A DNA stretch of 64,000 nucleotides from the human T2T-CHM13v2.0 reference genome, Homo sapiens: assembly GCF_009914755.1 (NCBI RefSeq), contig NC_060936.1. One strand, given 5' to 3'. Positions 59,181 through 64,000 of this stretch are shown piece by piece; within the stretch, counting starts at the first letter, position 1; each line of letters begins with the position of its first letter. Below the pieces are notes generated by a model. That model ran no database searches. It saw only the letters and a list, made by a program, of their open reading frames with translations, and was not told the DNA's origin. The position numbers and the translations under genes were made by a program.

Positions 59181-61075
59181 TTAGCAGCTTGTTTTTGTTT
59201 GTTCATTTGTTTTTGAAACAGAATGTTGGTCTGTGCCTTAAGTTTGAAAATCCTCCAAAATTTTCTGTCCTTTCACTGAATATGTGGTCTCTTGGTCACA
59301 ATGCAGCACTGAATTCCCTGTTAATATGCATATCTTGGGTTCTTTTTATTCAGTACACACAGAGGTTGTTCCCTTGAAAATGAGTAGTCCAGTAAAATGC
59401 CCTTTGCAGAGTTATATCCCATATTTCTAGAAATAAATTCTACCAAATATTAGCACTACTGAATAACACTTTTAACAATGTTTAAACTTGCCTTTTTAGT
59501 TGAAAGCAAACATAAACTCAGCTGTAATATCTTAAGTTCAAATGCACTAATTTTCAATTTCATATCAAATTTCAAAATACTTTTAGGTTTCTATTCAACA
59601 CTTTGGTTTTCATACACAAGCCACAGAGTATACTAAAACTCATTTGGGTGGCATGTTTCTCATATAAGTAAAGGTAAAGACTAAGGACAAGTAAGTTCTT
59701 TATTTTCTACCAGGGTGAATGGTAAAGTAGTAAAGATCAGTATTTCCTGGAAAAGGGGAAAATTGCTTTCAGCAGGAGTTTACAAATCCACTTGGCCATT
59801 AAACATTTTTCACAGATGACATCAAAAGTGTTATTCACATAAATGCATGGGAATTTTTTTCCAATGTATGTAGGTGTTATTATGTTAAATAAAACACAGA
59901 CCCACTTAAACATCATTTAATTTATGGTAGGCTTTTCAACAAGCTGGCCAGATTTGGTTGATGTTTCTCAAAAACTACTAAAATTTCAATAAAGTGAATG
60001 TCTGTGAAGTGCTTTGAAATTTAAAAGAGCTGTTGAATGTGTGCAAAGATTTAGCTATAGGGATGTTCAATGAATCACTGATTATCACAAAGAAAATGTG
60101 GAACAACCTAAATATGCAATAATAGGAGTTTGATTAAATACATTATACTATATCCATAATAATTTTGCCCTTTTGGTTGCAAGAATCACAGATACAGTCA
60201 GACAATTTCAGAATAATAGGTGCTTTTGCAAAGAAGCATTAGCATCTCTGCTGCAGGGCGTAGTCCTAACTCCTACCCTTCTCCTCTCAAGGTGGTTTAT
60301 TGGTATAATTTTTAAAGACACCAGTGCCCCCTGTTTTTCCCTAACTTAGCAGAGAAGATCTGACAAACCTATTCAGTCACTATCATGTATGAAGCATCTC
60401 TCATATTCATAAAGTGTGGGCAAGAGGCTGGTATAGGGTAATAGACTTTCCCAACTATAATAGGATAAGAGTGATTGTAGCTATCAAAAATATGACAGAT
60501 CTTTCAAAAGTATGTGAAATTATTAATTTAATGATGACCCGTAAGTCATGATTTTATACTATTTGGCATAGCTTCACAAAACACAATTTTCATATGTATT
60601 GAAAACTAAAGCAAAGGAAAAGTATAAAAATTTTTGTGTAACTGAACTGACATGATATCAGTCATAAAATCTCTGCTTGACAATCTCATCTGTCATTCTT
60701 TCAAAAATAACTTATTTATTAATGTCAACAGTGATGCTGCTTTGCACTGTATTGAATATAAATCTGTTGTTCTTTTGGCATTTGGGCTAAGGTTGGCTAA
60801 ATTATCTTAGTAAATAAATTAGCAAAGCACCTTTTTTTTTTTCTTTTTGGCAATCTCTCTCTATAATTCCTCTTTACCTGTATCAGTTTTTCTCTTTTCC
60901 TCATATTTCTCAAATATATATCACCATTGGTTCTTCTTTCTCTTGATTGAGAATTTCTGAGAAATGTTGGTCCATAGTAACCAGTATTCCAAGGTTAGAT
61001 GAAATAACCAGGACTTAGTGAGAAATGATTGTTCAGTACCATGGATAGCAGAACACTTATTTCCCCAAATACTAA

Positions 61076-61600
<525 letters not shown>

Positions 61601-61709
61601 TTATAAAAAGTTAAAGCAAACACACAAAATACAAGTAGTAATTTCTTTTTTATTATTACATAAAAAACAAACATAATATAGTCTGCCAAAATTGCTGTGA
61701 CAGTTTTAA

Positions 61710-64000
61710 ACAGCCCTGTGATGGCATCCAGTTGATAAAAGTGAGTAGAGCCCCAGTATGTGAGAGAGGCAGAGAGTTTCCCTCTGTGACTTACCTTTCC
61801 ACTGGAGATCCAAGCAACCCAGGCCAAGAGAGAGCACTTTGCTTCTCCTAATCCCTGGAGTTAGCTTAGGGAGAGTCTTGGAGAAACTGTGAAGGAAAGA
61901 CACCAGGAAAAGTGGCAGAAGTTTTCTCAGACCCTGGATGAGAGTAGGATGCCATTTTAAATCTGGGTGCATACAAAGTCAGCCATGCTTTGGTGCCCTA
62001 GCACCATGGCTACAGAGGCACTTTAGTCTTGTGCCAGAGATTGAAGCATCTTATCTGGAGTGGGGTGGGGGCCTCCACAGCCAGAACTGTAAAAAAGTGT
62101 CTCAGCAGTAGTCTCTGGAATTGTGCTCTCTCCCATCACAGGCAGGAGGAGAGCTGCTACAGTTGCGGTTTCTTCTGAGCAGCAAGACTTGCAGCCAGGG
62201 CCAGCTTGGCAATCTGGAACTGATCTGTGTGTGCCATTGCTGAGTGCCCCATCCTCCTCCCCTGAGATCGTGGTGCAACAGAGCCCTCCCTGCTCCATTC
62301 CTAGGCAGAAATCTGGGTATTTGGAACACCTGCTTGCCTGGACCGGTGGTCTGAGCCACACCACCCTTCCTTGATGTATATGGTGGTACAGAGAGGGTCT
62401 CTGTGCTCCATGCCCAAGCAGATTTCTAGGCATTCAGAGCGCTCATTCACCTGGTTCAGCAGCCTGAGCCACCTACCCTCCTTGTGCAAAGACTGGTACA
62501 GAGGGACCCTCTCTGCTACATGCCCAGGAAGATCTCCAGGCATTCAGAGCGCCTGCTTGCTTAGTTCAGCAGCCAGAGTCACCCCACCCCTCATGTGCAG
62601 AGATCTTTGTGCAGCGGGGCTCTCTCTGCTCCACACCCAAGAAGATCTCTAGACTTTTGGGGCATTGCTCACCAGGACCACCAAGACTGTCCAAAGATCT
62701 TGGTGCAAGGAATCCCTCTCTGTTCACACTCAGGCAGATCACCAGACATTCTGAGCATACAGTCATCTGGTTCAGCAGCCTGAGCTGCCCCACCATTTAT
62801 GGACATAGATCATGGTATAGTAAGACCCTTTCTGCTCCATGCTCAGGCAAATCTCCAGGCATTTAGAATACCTGCTTGCCTGGTGTGGCAACCTGGGTTG
62901 CACAACCCCTTCTGTTCGTAGATATTGGTGCAGGAAGGCCCTCTCTGCTCCACACCCAGGAAGATCTGCAGGCATCTGAAGCACCCACTCTCCTGGATTA
63001 GGAACCTGGAACACAGAACTTGGAGCAAAGGTGGTTTCCTGACTCCACATTTAGACACACTTCTGGGTGCCTGGTAGCCACCCACTGGATTCTCACTTGA
63101 TACTGGTGCTTGTGCCTGCATCAGGGGACCTCCAGGCAGACCTGCCCAACTGGTCCCACCCTTTATGGCTCCTACCCCCACAGTGCTGAGCAGGGACCTC
63201 AGACCAATGTGTATTCTATGAATCAACCCATTGCCTGGGCAACAGAGAACTTCCACTTCTAAATACAGATACCAGCCACTTTGACCACAGCTGGCTGTTA
63301 TCTACAGGCTTGTAGGACAAACTTCACAGCCCAATATAAAACCTGTTGAAAGAAGTGCATACTGCTATAGAAGAAAAACTGAAAGACCCTCCTCAGCATT
63401 CTTCACAGTCACACCCCATAAAGCACGTAAGGGAAAGAGAATAATAGTAATGACATTATAAGGAAAGAAAGATAAAGGAAAAGTCCTACCTGTATGAAAA
63501 AAAATACAAAAATTAGAAGTGCCAGTGTCTCCAGGTGAGAAGCAACCAGCACAAGAATTCTAGCACCATGAAAAAACCTGAATGTAGTGAAACCACCAAA
63601 AGATTGAGCTACCTCTCCAGCAATGGTCCCTAGCCAAAATGGAAACTCAGAAATAATAAATAAAAATTCAAAGCGTGGATTGCAAGGAAGCTCATTCAGA
63701 TCCAAGACAAGGTTGAAAATCAACAAAAGGAAATTTCTAAAGCAACCCAGGAAATGAACAAAAAGATAAACATCTTAAAAAGAAATCAATCAGAGCTTCT
63801 GGAATTGAAAAACTCACGTAAAGAATTCCAAAATACAAATGAAATCTTTATCAATAGACTGAACCAAGCAGAAGAAAGAATTTCAGAGATTGAAGAGTGG
63901 TCTTTTGAACTAACCCAATATGGCAAAAATAAATATGAAGAATTTTAAAAATGAGCAGTCCTCATGAAATATGGGATTATGTAAGAGGACTAAATGTATG
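61710..64000 (+). mobile_element. 5' UTR and ORF1 start of an old primate L1 (L1P4/L1PB-era), continuing past the window
   Basis: ORF1 remnant from ~63535; coiled-coil ILKRNQSELLELKNS...INRLNQAEERISEIE. Confidence 0.85.
62265..63000 (+). repeat. ~113-bp diverged tandem array (7 units) in the L1 5' UTR
   Basis: Unit starts ~62271, 62384, 62494, 62607, 62701, 62813, 62926 sharing 'tggtgcag..ccctctctgctcca..cccaggcagatctccaggcatt'. Confidence 0.9.

Noticed and set aside
62023-63256. Many overlapping ORFs and a CRISPR-like periodicity
   Set aside because: GC-richer L1 5' UTR tandem units; whole units are homologous with no unique spacers, and the DNA is eukaryotic

Overview
Non-coding, AT-rich, repeat-dense primate genomic DNA. 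AluY, AluS and L1PA content indicates a catarrhine, probably human or ape; I cannot name the locus. I can support no protein-coding exon, RNA gene or CRISPR array, and the recognisable ORF-track entries are Alu, L1, ERVL or MaLR read-throughs. Contents: a long internally deleted L1MB-type LINE (1-5230); about 19 Alu copies or fragments, most with readable TSDs; many MaLR LTRs; a MER4 LTR; a fossil ERVL provirus (15.2-19.75 kb) with recognisable RT, RNase H and integrase motifs and four nested insertions; L2/MIR remnants; DNA-transposon MITEs (MADE2, MER5, MER47, MER53); an older L1PA 3' end; and an old primate L1 5' end with a ~113-bp monomer array. Best leads: a TSD-less, tail-less internal fragment of a young L1 (61266-61600); a ~290-bp local duplication ending in a fold-back palindrome (51448-52928); collapsed tail-to-tail inverted Alus; and 12 of 13 LTR elements on the minus strand, hinting at an intron of a plus-strand transcript. 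I see no evidence of a genuinely new biological system. Subfamily names come from recalled consensus sequences and need Dfam/RepeatMasker confirmation.
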